From Octopus vulgaris (taxonomy: Eukaryota), in NCBI GenBank assembly GCA_951406725.2, contig OX597820.1:93620001-93684000 (forward strand): a stretch of 64,000 bases of DNA, read 5' to 3'. The translations under genes were made by a program, and so were the position numbers. The stretch's first letter is position 1. Each line of letters begins with the position of its first letter. A model generated the notes under the pieces. It saw nothing but the letters and a program-made list of their open reading frames with translations. It was not told the origin of the DNA and did no database searches. Shown piece by piece: positions 26,652-38,400 of the stretch.

Positions 26652-28181
26652 GTGTGTATGTAGTGTGTGTGTATATTTATTGTGTGTGGGGGTTTAACGT
26701 CGCGCTCTTGTCTCACTTGGGGAAAAATTGGGTCGATTCAAGGGAAAACGTTTGGGCTTCGTGCGAGTGTTGTTAGCTTGGTAGCCCATTTAGGTCGTAG
26801 TAGCAAAACTGGAAGACTCGTTCTTGGTGAAATAACCTAACTGCTTAGGTAATGGTCTTTATGTAGTAATTATTAAGTTATTTACGGTGCAAACTTCAAA
26901 AAGTATAACCATGTTGTTTTTACATCAGCATACAATTTGACGAAAGGGAAATGAATAAAAGATTAAAAAGATATTCATACTATTTTTCGTAGCAGAAATA
27001 TCATGTAAATAAAGTGAAATAGCAGCTATGACTTGGAATCAATTCCTGGTTTCGATTTCCATTTGCTCGGATCTTATCCCTATGAGACTCACTATTATAG
27101 GAATAACAAATAATTAGATGAAAACGAATTAGAGAAGATTTAAAAGAAAGAAAACAAAGAAATTGAAATAGAATAAGCAGGAATTGTAGGCATCATGCCA
27201 AAGGAGAATATTTTAAAATGAATCTTGTTTTATTTTATATATATATATGTGTATATATTTATATATTGCTATTTTGATAAGGTATCAAATTTGTCCCTAT
27301 GTTGTCTGGAACCAACTGCGGAAACTAAATAAGTAGCATTTTATGTGCATCTATCTATCCATCTATGTTCATTCCAGAAGATCCTGTAGCTTACTGGAAG
27401 CATAATTAGTGGAAATATTTGCATAGGATTGTAATGAGAACCATCGCTATGCAGAAGAACAAGCAGAACAGTTTAATTCAACATTACGTTTTTGAGGAGC
27501 CAAATTGTAAAATGAGCATTTAAAAATTTTTTTTCGCATAAATATGTTTAAATATGGCGTCGAATTTGTAGAGTTATTAGCAGATTGGTATTTGTTCCAG
27601 CTCTCAGTGTTCCAAGTTCATATACTGCTTTGATAAGATTTGTCTTTCGATAATTTAAGTACTGGTCTAAGGCGGCAGAATGTTAGAGCGTTGGCTGAGA
27701 TATATTACTGTATTCACTTCTGCTTTGTACATTCTGAGTTCAAATTCCACCTCCAGTGGCCAGAAAAAAAAATAAAGAAAGGATTCTTCAGAACCAGGCA
27801 AAAACGGTGATAGACTTGGCAAGTCTTCAAATAATTAACCGATTACCAGTGTATTAACTAGTAAGAGAGAAGCAGGAGGACTTTCAAGTCCTGTGTATTA
27901 AAAAGAAGAGAACAGAAAGTGCTAAATAATTAAATAAAAGCATTTAACTAATTTTGGCTCAAGACAGCCATTTTGAGGGGAGTATGGTTAGTCGATTACA
28001 TCGACCCTAGAACTTGACTGGTACTTTATTTTATCAACTCCAAAAGGATGAAAGGCAAAGTCGACCTCGGTGACATTTGAAGTCAACGTAAAGAACAGGA
28101 AGAAATCTCACTCAGTATTTTGTCCGACATGCTTAACGATTTCACCAGCTTGCAAAAACTTTGTAATATTCAGAGAAAATA

Positions 28182-28396
28182 AGGCGGCAAGCTGGCAGAA
28201 TCGTTAGCACGCCGGGCAAAATGCCTAGCAGTATTTCGTCTGTCGTTACGTTCTGAGTTCAAATTCCGCCGAGGTTGACTTTGCCTTTCATCCTTTCGGG
28301 GTCGATAAATAAAGTACCAGTTTCGCACTGGGGTCGATGTAATCGACTTAATCCGTTTGTCTGTCCTTGTTTGTCCCCTCTGGGTAACAAAGAAAC
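28182..28396 (+). mobile_element. tRNA-derived SINE family A (representative young copy)
   Basis: AGCTGGCAGAATCGTTAGC head, GAGTTCAAATTCC B box, GCCTTTCATCCTTTCGGGGTCGATAAA core, and a 16-bp TSD ATATTCAGAGAAAATA. Many further copies occur, e.g. 133-372(-), 1845-2045, 6585-7280 (three in tandem), 35505-35948, 38260-38435, 47830-47985(-), 50515-50655(-). Confidence 0.9.
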
Positions 28397-28644
28397 ATAT
28401 TCAGAGAAAATATAAAGAGACTCTTCTTATAAGAAATAACTCTTCATTGGAAACTATCTTTACTGAATAACACATCCCATCTGGGGTTTCCTTACCGGAA
28501 ATTATACATTTGAAATTTCGTTTTTGTGATCCGGATGAAATAACAAAAAGTTTTGAAAAGTAGTGATCATGCAGTTTTCTATTTGATTAAATAAAGGCTG
28601 TTTTTGCACGTTAATTATGTTCTATCTATCTATCTATCTATCTA

Positions 28645-28964
28645 GTGACTTCATTGACCGAGGTTACCGTGGTCTTTTCCGTAGGCTTTTCTTTCCACGG
28701 GTAAACCTCACCTGTCCTCCCCTTTACACTTCATATTGACATTTCTGTGATAACGATCCCTATTGATCCAATTTTTTTCCTTTCCTTCCCCCCCATAAAA
28801 ATTTTTTATATTATATCCCCCCTCCCTTTTTTTGTCCTTTCTTTCTTTCCATTTACGATCCCTATTGATCGAAAACCAAACCCCCTTCTTTTACCCCCAA
28901 ACAAAAAGCTCTACCTTGTAATTTTGTCCTGTCTGTGTGCAGCCCGTGTGGCTAATAAAGAAAC
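28645..28964 (+). mobile_element. Probable non-LTR retrotransposon 3' UTR (Tx1/L1-like) inserted in (TATC)n
   Basis: Pyrimidine-rich body ending GGCTAATAAAGAAA, with (TATC)n on both sides and an internal direct repeat ACGATCCCTATTGATC. Confidence 0.45.
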
Positions 28965-29115
28965 ATATTTATCTATCTATCTATCTATCTATCCCCCCCC
29001 CCCACACAGTATGTACAATGTTCTCTACATCACAAGCGGTTAATAAGTTGTGATTGTATGACCAGTAAAATGGCTTAATAAATTACGGATGATGGGTTCG
29101 AAACCAAGTTGCACG

Positions 29116-29281
29116 CAGGGCCAGCGCAAGGTACCGACAAATCGGGTAGTCACCCGGGGCGCCATGTGCTAGGGTGCGCCAAGGAGGGTGTGACAAAGAC
29201 AAGGAAATTTCCACGACCGTCAGCTTGTATACGCCGATGTTCAGCTTGGTCGGAGCGTCAGCAACCCTATGGCTGGCCCTG
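29116..29281. mobile_element. hAT-type MITE, 166 bp
   Basis: Perfect TIRs CAGGGCCAGC/GCTGGCCCTG and a perfect 8-bp TSD GTTGCACG. Confidence 0.9.
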
Positions 29282-29725
29282 GTTGCACGTTAAGTTCTAC
29301 TAACACATACATGCATGCATGAGAGAGAGAGGGGAGAGAGAGAGAGAGTGACAGAGAGAGAGAGAGAGAGAGAGAGTTGTGCAGTTCGTTTTTCTTTTAT
29401 GTTTAGTCCCAGGTCGATCTTACTTTAGAAAGCCTATTCTAGCAGTGATCATTTCATTTTTCAGACGCTTATCCCATACTACGTTATCCAACTGTTCTTC
29501 ACTCTAACACCTTTTTTTTTATAACAAACTGAATGAGCCAGCATCTTTTTGATAAGTCGAATCGCCAAGCTTCTTTAAATTTTTGGTAGCAGTCAAAAAG
29601 AGATAATTAATTTTGAAAATGCTTCTCGTAGATTCAGAGCACCGAATTTTAGTGCCGCTTGGGGCTGCTAGCAACTCCAGTTTTGAAGCATTGAATCATA
29701 TTTACTTGTCGTTAGTGATGTGCGT

Positions 29726-30100
29726 GGAGGCGCAATGGCCCAGTGGTTAGGGCAGCGGACTCGCGGTCATAGGATCGCGGTTTCGATTCCCAGACCGGGC
29801 GTTGTGAGTGTTTATTGAGCGAAAACACCTAAAGCTCCACGAGGCTCCGGCAGGGGATGATCCCTGCTGTACTCTTTCACCACAACTTTCTCTCAATCTT
29901 ACTTCCTGTTTCTGTTGTACCTGTATTTCAAAGGGCCGGCCTTGTCACTATCTGTGTCACGCTGAATACCCACGAGAACTACGCTAAGGGTACACGTGTC
30001 TGTGGAGTGTTCAACCACTTACACGTTAATTTCACGAGCAGGCTGTTCCGTTGATTCGGATCAACCGGAACCCTCGTCGTCGTAACCGACGGAGTGCTTC
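29726..30100 (+). mobile_element. Full-length tRNA(Arg)-derived SINE
   Basis: A box TGGCCCAGTGG, TCG anticodon-like loop, B box TTTCGATTCC, 3' stem-loop GTTCCGTTGAT-tcgg-ATCAACCGGAAC, and a ~12-bp TSD AGTGATGTGC(G/A)T. Confidence 0.85.
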
Positions 30101-30364
30101 CAGTGATGTGCATGGTTCTATAGTTCCACCGAGAAACCATGGTAACTACATGCTATAAGAGAGTCGGTGGATTAGTTGGAAAATTATAATTGTCTGAAGT
30201 TGAAAGCAAAATTTAATTAGCGAAAAGTGAGATAAGACAGAAAAATAGTTACGCTTTGTGATTGCTAACATGTGTAGCAGTAAGAAATAAGCATAGCTTT
30301 GCAAATGTTGAACAAATTAGTTCAGATTATAAAATGACTGATGTTTTTGAGAATAAATAATATG

Positions 30365-30522
30365 AGGAGTGGCTGTGTGGTAAGTAGCTTGATAACCAAC
30401 CACATGGTTCCGGGTTCAGTCCCACTGCGTGGCATCTTGGGCACGTGTCTTCTGCTATTGCCCCGGGCCGACCAATGTCTTGTGAGTGGATTTGGTAGAC
30501 GGAAACTGAATGGAAGCCCGTC

Positions 30523-30575
<53 letters not shown>

Positions 30576-30786
30576 TGTGTCTGTGTTTGTCCCCCTAGCA
30601 TTGCTTGACAACCAATGCTGGTGTGCTTATGTCCCCGTCACCTAGCGGTTCGGCAAAAGAGACCGATAGAATAAGTAATGGGCTTATAAAGAATAAGTCC
30701 CGGGGGTTGAGTTGCTCGATTAAAGGCGGTGCTCCAGCATGGCCGCAGTCAAATGACTGAAACAAGTAAAAGAGTAAAAGAGAGTA
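30365..30786 (+). mobile_element. tRNA-derived CORE-like SINE family B (representative copy)
   Basis: GGAGTGGCTGTGTGGTAAG head, GGTTCAGTCCC B box, TTGGGCA(A/C)GTG core-like block, internal microsatellite, and a CCAGCATGGCCGCAGTCAAATGACTGAAAC tail. Other copies occur at ~630-1005, 7422-7790, 9430-9950, 11885-12430(-), 15505-15920, 36945-37290(-), 44020-44370. Confidence 0.85.
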
Positions 30787-31249
30787 TAGGGTTTTGCAGC
30801 AGAAAACTAAGGTTTTCTTAGCCCATTTAAAATACATAATGTTTGAGGAAATAACCAGAAATATTTTCTTCCACTCAATCAAATTTAGATACCGCTCTAT
30901 AAACAGTTAGTCTTATTCCTGAAAGAATTACTGTAGAAGATCTATCTCCCACGTTCTTTCTTAATTGAATAAAATTCTCTCCCGTAAGCTATTTGTTTTT
31001 CTTGGCTGTTTATCTTCTCTTTTCGAAATGAGTGCCTGTTGATGTACATGTTAGATATGTGAGATATCAAGTACATATACTAATCCAGGGAACTAATCAA
31101 AGAGTAAATCATAGGAAAAATGTCACAGGAGGACTTCAAAATATGACTGGTATAATGCTATTCATATACTGAATAAAATGTACGTATAATTATAAAAAGA
31201 CGTCAATCATTGCGTACAAGTCATATATATATATATATATATATATATA

Positions 31250-31479
31250 CTTTATTTTAAGCAGCAGAAAAATCAACAAAATCTGTTACTCTGAGTTTCT
31301 CGTTGCCGTTCATCAGACAGTTTTTGCTAGAAAAAACTGTCTGATGAACGGCAACGAGAAACTCAGAGTAACAGATTTTGTTGATTTTTCTGCTGCTTAA
31401 AATAAAGCATATTACTCTACCACTGGTATTTGAGTACTCTTTTTTCCACCTTGTTTCACATTTATGTGTTTACTCCGGT
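31250..31479 (+). mobile_element. Penelope-like element terminal (pLTR) fragment with a 76-bp inverted duplication
   Basis: Perfect inverted repeat 31250-31325 / 31332-31407 containing a hammerhead motif and AATAAA, followed by a T-rich tail and flanked by (TA)n. This architecture is typical of Penelope-like element ends. Confidence 0.7.
31337..31374 (+). ncRNA. Minimal type I hammerhead ribozyme (mirror copy on the minus strand at 31283-31320)
   Basis: Helix I CTGT/ACAG; core CTGATGA; helix II CG-GCAA-CG; GAAA; palindromic helix III CTC-A-GAG; cleavage triplet GUA. Confidence 0.8.
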
Positions 31480-32154
31480 CTATATATGTATATTCTCAGT
31501 TATAAAAAGCAAATTAAAATATTTAAGTACCTTTGATATCGTTTGTGTTATCTAAAAGAAATGTGATATTTTTTCCTGGGCAAAACTGCTTTTTATTTAA
31601 CCCATAACTATTTATACTCACTCGACATACAGTTAATCGCTCTAAGTATGTGATTATGTCATACAAAAGAATAGATTTCTCAACAAGGTTGGTTTGCTTT
31701 AGATATACTGCATGAAGTGTAGTAGATCATCCACCAATCAAAAGCTGGCGTATCACCACTAAATGTTAATGATATATATGCTCTTCTATTTAGACTTAAA
31801 ATGATAGCTTAGCTAAAATAGTGGTATTTTACCTTAGATATATACGAGATATGCTTATATGTTAAAGTCAACTACAAAATGTTTGGCCCAAAATAAATGT
31901 GTTTCTTAGATACTTAGGCACTTGATTATAAGTATGGTCAAACAGATAGACATATTTAATAAATGTCATTTAAATATAGATATTACCCATAGTGAATCCC
32001 TCAATGAAAAGCTCTTGGGTAAAAAAAATACTGCTGTGGCATATTCAGCGTATAAAATAAGCAGTAGGTCATTCAGTAAAATAAGCACCCGGCTCTCCTT
32101 TTCCGCAGTCATTAAAAAAATCCCGATAAAAGCAAAAGAAAAAAATCCACTACA

Positions 32155-32632
32155 TGATCATCATCATTGTTCGACCGTGGTCGAGACAATGGAATTTACC
32201 ATGCTACGCCAGACTTCACGGTCCATCATGGCATTACGGAGGTCCTGTTGCTGGATGCCTGTATCCCTGGAGATTACATCAGGGTAGGAGAGTGTGCGCC
32301 CTCTGGTATTGCGAGTAGTTGGCTTCCAGAGGAGAAGAGTAGAAATTACTTCTTTTTCAGCTCTACAGCAATGTCCAGCAAACTGGACTCTCCTACCTTT
32401 CACAAGAGATGACACAGGTGGTAGTTTCCCATATATTTGCATTTTGGTTGGATGGCGCTTCCACGAGAGATTTTGAGCTCTCATAAGGAGGCGAGTGTAG
32501 GTTCCATCCAACCGCCTCTCAAGCTTCTTTGATAACGTCCAGGTTTCTGAGCCATATAGTAGAATTGGTTCGACTGTGGCTTTGAAGATTTCAAGTTTGA
32601 AGTCTCTACTTAGATTTGATGACCAGATCTTA
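32155..32632 (-). mobile_element. 5'-truncated RTE-group LINE encoding the C-terminal part of the RT ORF
   Basis: Uninterrupted frame with ..IFKATVEPILLYGSETWTL..RRVQFAGHC..RGR..MMDREVWR.. motifs, a stop codon and a short (TGA)n tail. Confidence 0.85.
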
Positions 32633-32885
32633 CAATGAAAGAAACGAACCAATAAGGGTATCATCACGCAATAATTCAACCTGTTAGAAATAGTAGTTAA
32701 TCTATCTTGGATTACTCTCCCGTCTTAATGGACACGGTGAATAACGTAGAGCTTGATATTTAAAAAAGGGATGGAGGGCAAAATGGTCATGGTTAGAATG
32801 TATTTGATCACTTCTCTGCTTCACCATGACCTGCTGATCTGAACATTAAAACAAAAATGATAAGAAAAAGGAGAGATATACATAC

Positions 32886-33048
32886 AAGGATGGTTCGTCC
32901 ATGACTTTGCGACATTTGGTGACTCCATAGAGCAAACTGCCTGTTAAGCCGCCAAGTCCGAGTAGTAATATAATCCAAGCAATGAGGGACGCGCAGGGAA
33001 CATGTGACAGACATGTTAAGAACTTGTCACAGCAGTTCTCTTTGCGGG
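32886..33048 (-). CDS. M6: Proteolipid protein (M6/DM20/PLP family) coding exon with N-terminal Cys cluster and TM1
   Basis: Acceptor ttttcgttgcag and donor gtatg. The 163-nt exon (phase 1 to phase 2) encodes RKENCCDKFLTCLSHVPCASLIAWIILLLGLGGLTGSLLYGVTKCRKVMDEPS, which matches the family N-terminal motif CC-x(3-5)-CL-xx-P-x-ASL followed by TM1. It ends in TT, which joins the T starting the 1705 exon in frame. Family-level call; orthology not tested. Confidence 0.88.
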
Positions 33049-35337
33049 CTGCAACGAAAACCAGAAAATTATTGTTAATATTATGATTAAATATTAATTT
33101 TACTTCATTAAAATTGACAATAATATTTTGATGATCAGATTTCGAAGAAAATTTCATATTTTTTTAAAAATGAGTCTTAAATAATTACAATTTGAAGACG
33201 GTCAAAAACTCTCTATGACATGTGTATGTGTGCGTGTGTGCGCGCGCGAACACCGGAAAATGTCATTCTGTCCGTCTTCTTGGACCACAGCCAGCGCTTG
33301 TAGGCCACACGATCATGTATGCTAGTACGAAGTTCAGAGTCCTGATTTTTTCCGATTGACTGTATGTGTGTGTGTGAAATTGGATTTTACTATTCTGAAT
33401 GTAAAAGAAAATAAGATAATGCATGTTGAAATATTAGGGTCTCATATAGACTTAGTTTTAGAAGAGTAATGTGGAAGACAGTAAGTGTCCATGCATTTAT
33501 TGAAAACATGAGCAACAGAAAGAAAATCTTTTTATAGAGAGAAACAAAAAAATATGAGTAAAAGCTGATGTTTTATGTTGTACGAAAGAATGAAATTTTT
33601 CGTGTATGATTTTCCGTAGAAGTATTACTGAAAGTTATGATTTAAGACTAGAAATTTTAAAAAGCAGAATGCATAAAACTGACAATTCTGGTTTGTTAGT
33701 ATTGACGAAGATAACCAAATCGAACCGAGCCTCCTGATAATACTAAAAATGTTACAGTAACATCAGCCATCACAAAACTCATTGTATGTAGAAAGCTGGA
33801 ATCTATTCCATCTCAATCACAGATTTTTTAAAATTAATTTTTTGTTTTTTAATTAAACAGTTCGAAACTTTAAATACTGGTAGAATTTCTCACGTAGAAC
33901 GCGGTTTACTCTGAACATTTTTGACAAAATTTCTTATTTTAGAAGTTATTTCGTGTTAAAGTTATATTTGGGTAATTTCAACCAATCAACGACGTGTATT
34001 CAGTTGAAACCTCCTGCTGTTTGCGATAGTAATCGAAGAGGAACAACTTCTGGCCCATGTCTACTAAATGTCACCACTCTATTCGAAGAATCAACACCAT
34101 AGAGCAACAAATCCGCAGCTAGCTTTTTTGTTGTTGTGTATGTAGTTTCAAAATGGCTTATTTTACAACTATGAGATGTATTGTTATTGTTATGATTTTA
34201 TCTTACTATAATCAACAACAATCACATTTCGTCAATATAAAAGTCTTTATTAGATAAAAAAATAACTTTATCAAAACATGAAGGTAAAACAAAACAAATA
34301 GCAGCTTATACACCGGAAAATACGGTAATTGTAGTGGCAGTGACAAGTTCGCTCGCTGGTTGCTAGTGTAGAAAGGAGGGGAAGAGTAAGGAATGCACGG
34401 TGCTGACTAGAAAGGATGAAGGTAACATCGTCTTCGCTCGCCGTACGAATAGAACAGAGTGGTGACGTTTAGTAGAGATGACCCGGATCATTCAATATTT
34501 TCCAGTAGAGTCCATTTTGCTTTCAGAAAGAAAAGTTTGACAATGACGTCAACGTTTTTGTTTCAGTTGCCTTCTTCAGACAACAAAGATGAAATGAAAT
34601 AACTGTTAATCTTTCTCACGTCTCTGTGTTGATGCCATAGGAAATTTTAGAAATTTTTGAGAGTGAAATTATTCTTTTTCAGGATATCACGAAGCACACT
34701 TCGTTGATTGGTTGAAATTACCCAAATACGACAACTTTAACACGAAGTCATTAAACAATCTGTGTCTGAGATGGAATAGATCCAGAAAGCGGTTCTCGTT
34801 GATAATTATTAGACAATGCATTGCTGCACACATACACGCACACACAACTATAGCTACCCTTTATATTGATCGAGTTTTTTGCAGTTCAGTATTTTTTTTT
34901 TTCAAGTGGTGGATTTTCTGATAAATACTACAATTGAAAACTCTCTTCCAATCGCGCTGTTTGTCGTTTCGAAAGAAACGAAGATATTTATACGCGAATA
35001 AATTACAATGAAATAAGTTTGCCGTAAGGAAGACAAGAAATTTAAGGTTAGGAGCAGGGCACTTCGTTATTGCGAGATGAAATACTATATGTAAACATCT
35101 AATCTCCCTTCGGTGAAGAGCCCTATCCGATAGCTTTCATTTCTCTTCTTCGCGACAAAACTTAATTTCTTTCCCTTTGCAAACTGATTCTTCTTAGTCA
35201 CTCGTTCTTTTTTTTCAGATTCTATTTCAGTCTACAATTAAACCACTCCTTCCATGAAATTTTATTGATATTCATGTTTCAAATATTCTATTGCCTAAAA
35301 CGTTTTCAATTAAAGTAGTGTTATGTTAATGTAGATG

Positions 35338-35423
35338 TTTTCGATCTAGTTTGGATTCTTTGCCATCAAATTTGAATTCTTTGGAATCAAATTTGATGGC
35401 AAGAATCCAAACCAGATCGAAAA
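35338..35423. repeat. Near-perfect ~40-bp inverted repeat
   Basis: TTTTCGATCTAGTTTGGATTCTTTGCCATCAAATTTGA pairs with TCAAATTTGATGGCAAGAATCCAAACCAGATCGAAAA. Confidence 0.9.
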
Positions 35424-35434
35424 ACACACAACAC

Positions 35435-35498
<64 letters not shown>

Positions 35499-38400
35499 AT
35501 TAATTCGTTAGCACGCCGGGCGAAATGCTTAGCAGTATTTCATCTGCCGTTACGTTCTGAGTTCGAATTCCGCCGAGGTCGACTTTGCCCTTCATCATTT
35601 CGAGGTCGATTAAATAAGTACCAGTTATGCACTGAGGTCGATGTAATCGACTTAATCCCTTTGTATGTCCTTGTTTGTCCTCTCAATGTTTAGCTCCTCG
35701 TGGGCAATAAAGAAATATATGTAATTAATAACAAACCGAGCTGGCTGGCTGGATCGTTAGCACACCAGAAAAAAAAATACTTAGCGGCATTTCGTCCGTC
35801 TACACGTTCCGAGTTCAAATTTCACCGTGGTCGACTTTGTCTTCATACTTTCGGGGTCGGTAAAATAAGTGCCAGTTGAGCTCTGGGGCCGATGTAATCG
35901 ATTTACCCCAGCCCGAACTTACTGGCCTGTGCCAAAATTTGAAATCAATATATGCAATTAATTACTTTACTGAAAAAAGCCTAACTTTGTATATTTCTCT
36001 CTCGTGATTCTTTCTTAACGAAAGGATCAGGAAGATTTTTCTCTCCCTCACCCTTATGTCGTTTCAAATGAATTCGTTTACTAATTTGTGGCCAAGTTGA
36101 TGGATTATCCCTTGAGGAAAAAAATATATATACTTGAAGTTGAGCTATTAGAGGGAAAGATGATCTGAACTCGTACATACCGAAGCTATATAGTCAAATA
36201 ATTAAAGAAGGCTTGGAAGATTAATCTGTTAAAAAATGTACTAATTTCTGCCAGTAGAGCTGACCTAGCAGATAGGTGATAACCTAACTTTAACAAATAA
36301 GCTTTTTAATGCTGGATGTTGAAATATTAGATTGAAGACTGATTTGAGCCAAATTCTGAAGCTAATATATTCCAAAGAAATCTTAGCAGACTCATCTATT
36401 TGAACATTTACCAAAATAATTAATTGCTTTCCTAGGCGGAAGTATATTTCTTTTCAGTGGAGATATGAAACTTCCTTTCATGAAGGAAACAAAGAAACAA
36501 AACTGGAAGAAAAAAAAAAAACAAACAAACATAAAACCCTAAGTATTTGGAACTTCGATGTAATTGGGTCCATTAAATAAATAAATAAATAAAAGTCTTG
36601 TCTCTATAGTTACAGCTGTGCACGCGTATTTCTATTCTGAACTCTAAATTAGCAAAGATTTTAATGTGAATGATATCAGATGTGAAAGCCACCAATTTGA
36701 GACAGTAAAAGATAAACAGGACTGGTAAAGTTTAAACCATGTATCCATCATTTGCCAGTCGATTATGTTATCGCTTATTACACTTCAAACAAATGTATCT
36801 GCCACTCAGCACTCTTCGCTTTTACAATTTCAGCTTTATTCTTTTAACTCTACCATATTAATTCATCAGTCACAAATTACTAGCAGTGTAGTTTATTCTA
36901 CAAATGTCTCGAATTGCCAGGTGCGTCACACAAGTTCGATATTTTCTTTTATTCGCTTATCTCAGTCATTGGACTGCAGCCATGCTGGGGCACCGCCTTG
37001 GAACCGCCTTGGAGGGTTTAGTTGAACGAATCGATCCCAGTACTTACTTTTAAGCGTGGCACTTATTCTGCCGGTTCTCTTTGCCGATCCGATAAGTTAC
37101 GGGGACTTAAACCAATGCCGGTTATCAAACTGTGGTGGGACACATAAACACACACACGCATACGCGACGGGCTTCTTTCAGTTTCTGTCTACCAGAGTAT
37201 GGTTGGTCAGGGCTACAGAAGACACTTGCACAAGGTTTCACGCAATGGGACTGAATCCTGATCCATGTGACTGGAAAGTAAACTTCTTGCCAGACGACCA
37301 ATAATAATCCTTTACAGAAAAAATGTATCGTATTCAATGCTTTATAGAGTATAACTGCATTTCAGCAAAATGCTGTAAAAATTACATAATACTTGTGGAA
37401 ATATATTATCTTGCACCTCACCTCATCAGTGTTCCGCAATGAATACTATGACAGATGTTGAAAACACTAAATATATACCACACAAATCCATGCCACACAA
37501 TATAGCAAGAGTAAAAAAAAAAAAAACTACCATGGATGTGCGAACCTATTGATGATGAAGGTTGAGGAATAATTACCATCAACTCCTTCAAATTTATGGC
37601 GTTATCCTACTGTTATATATTTTAAGGTTTGCAGAGTGAAAAATAAAGGCAACAGCAAACCACCGCAAGAGGATTTGTTAGTGTTAGTGGTGGGTAGAAA
37701 TATAAACTTTGAAATAAAATACGAGACACCCCGAGTTCAATATTGTAGTACACAGTTCATAATATTAGTGTTTCTATCATATTCGTTGACCTTGATTATT
37801 ATAACAGAACATGAAAATATCAAATTATCAAATTTGTAAGTGGATTTAAGAACGCGTGACATTCGAACAAGCAAGCAAAAAAGAGACACAGAGAGGAAAG
37901 TTCTTTCCCAAAAAACCCAGTTGTAGTTGTGGTGGTATCTTAAATTCAGAGGGGACGAAAGGGGTCTAAAAAAAGAAAACGACAAAAAGGAAGAAAATGT
38001 ACGCATATCTGAATGATTAATATTAGAATTCACAAATTGGAAAACATCCACTCTGATTAATTAAAACATTTTCCGAAAAAAAAAAAAAAGAAAAAAAAAG
38101 AGAAAACCCCGAAACATAAAAATTACTTGTCATAAACAACAAAATAACAAGGAAAATGTATCCATAATCTTTTTAATCTCTAAAGTATGTGTAGTTTCGA
38201 CGTTGTAGTTCTTTTTGATAACATTCTCAATATCCAAATGTCCTATGAATATATTAAGCTGGTGGAACTGATAGCAGTTTCGTCCGCCTTTACGTTTTGA
38301 GTTCAAATACTGCCGAGGTCGACTTTGCTTTTTATCTTTTCGAGGTCGATAAAATAAGTACCAGTTGAGCACTGGGTCAATGTAATCGGCTTACACACCT

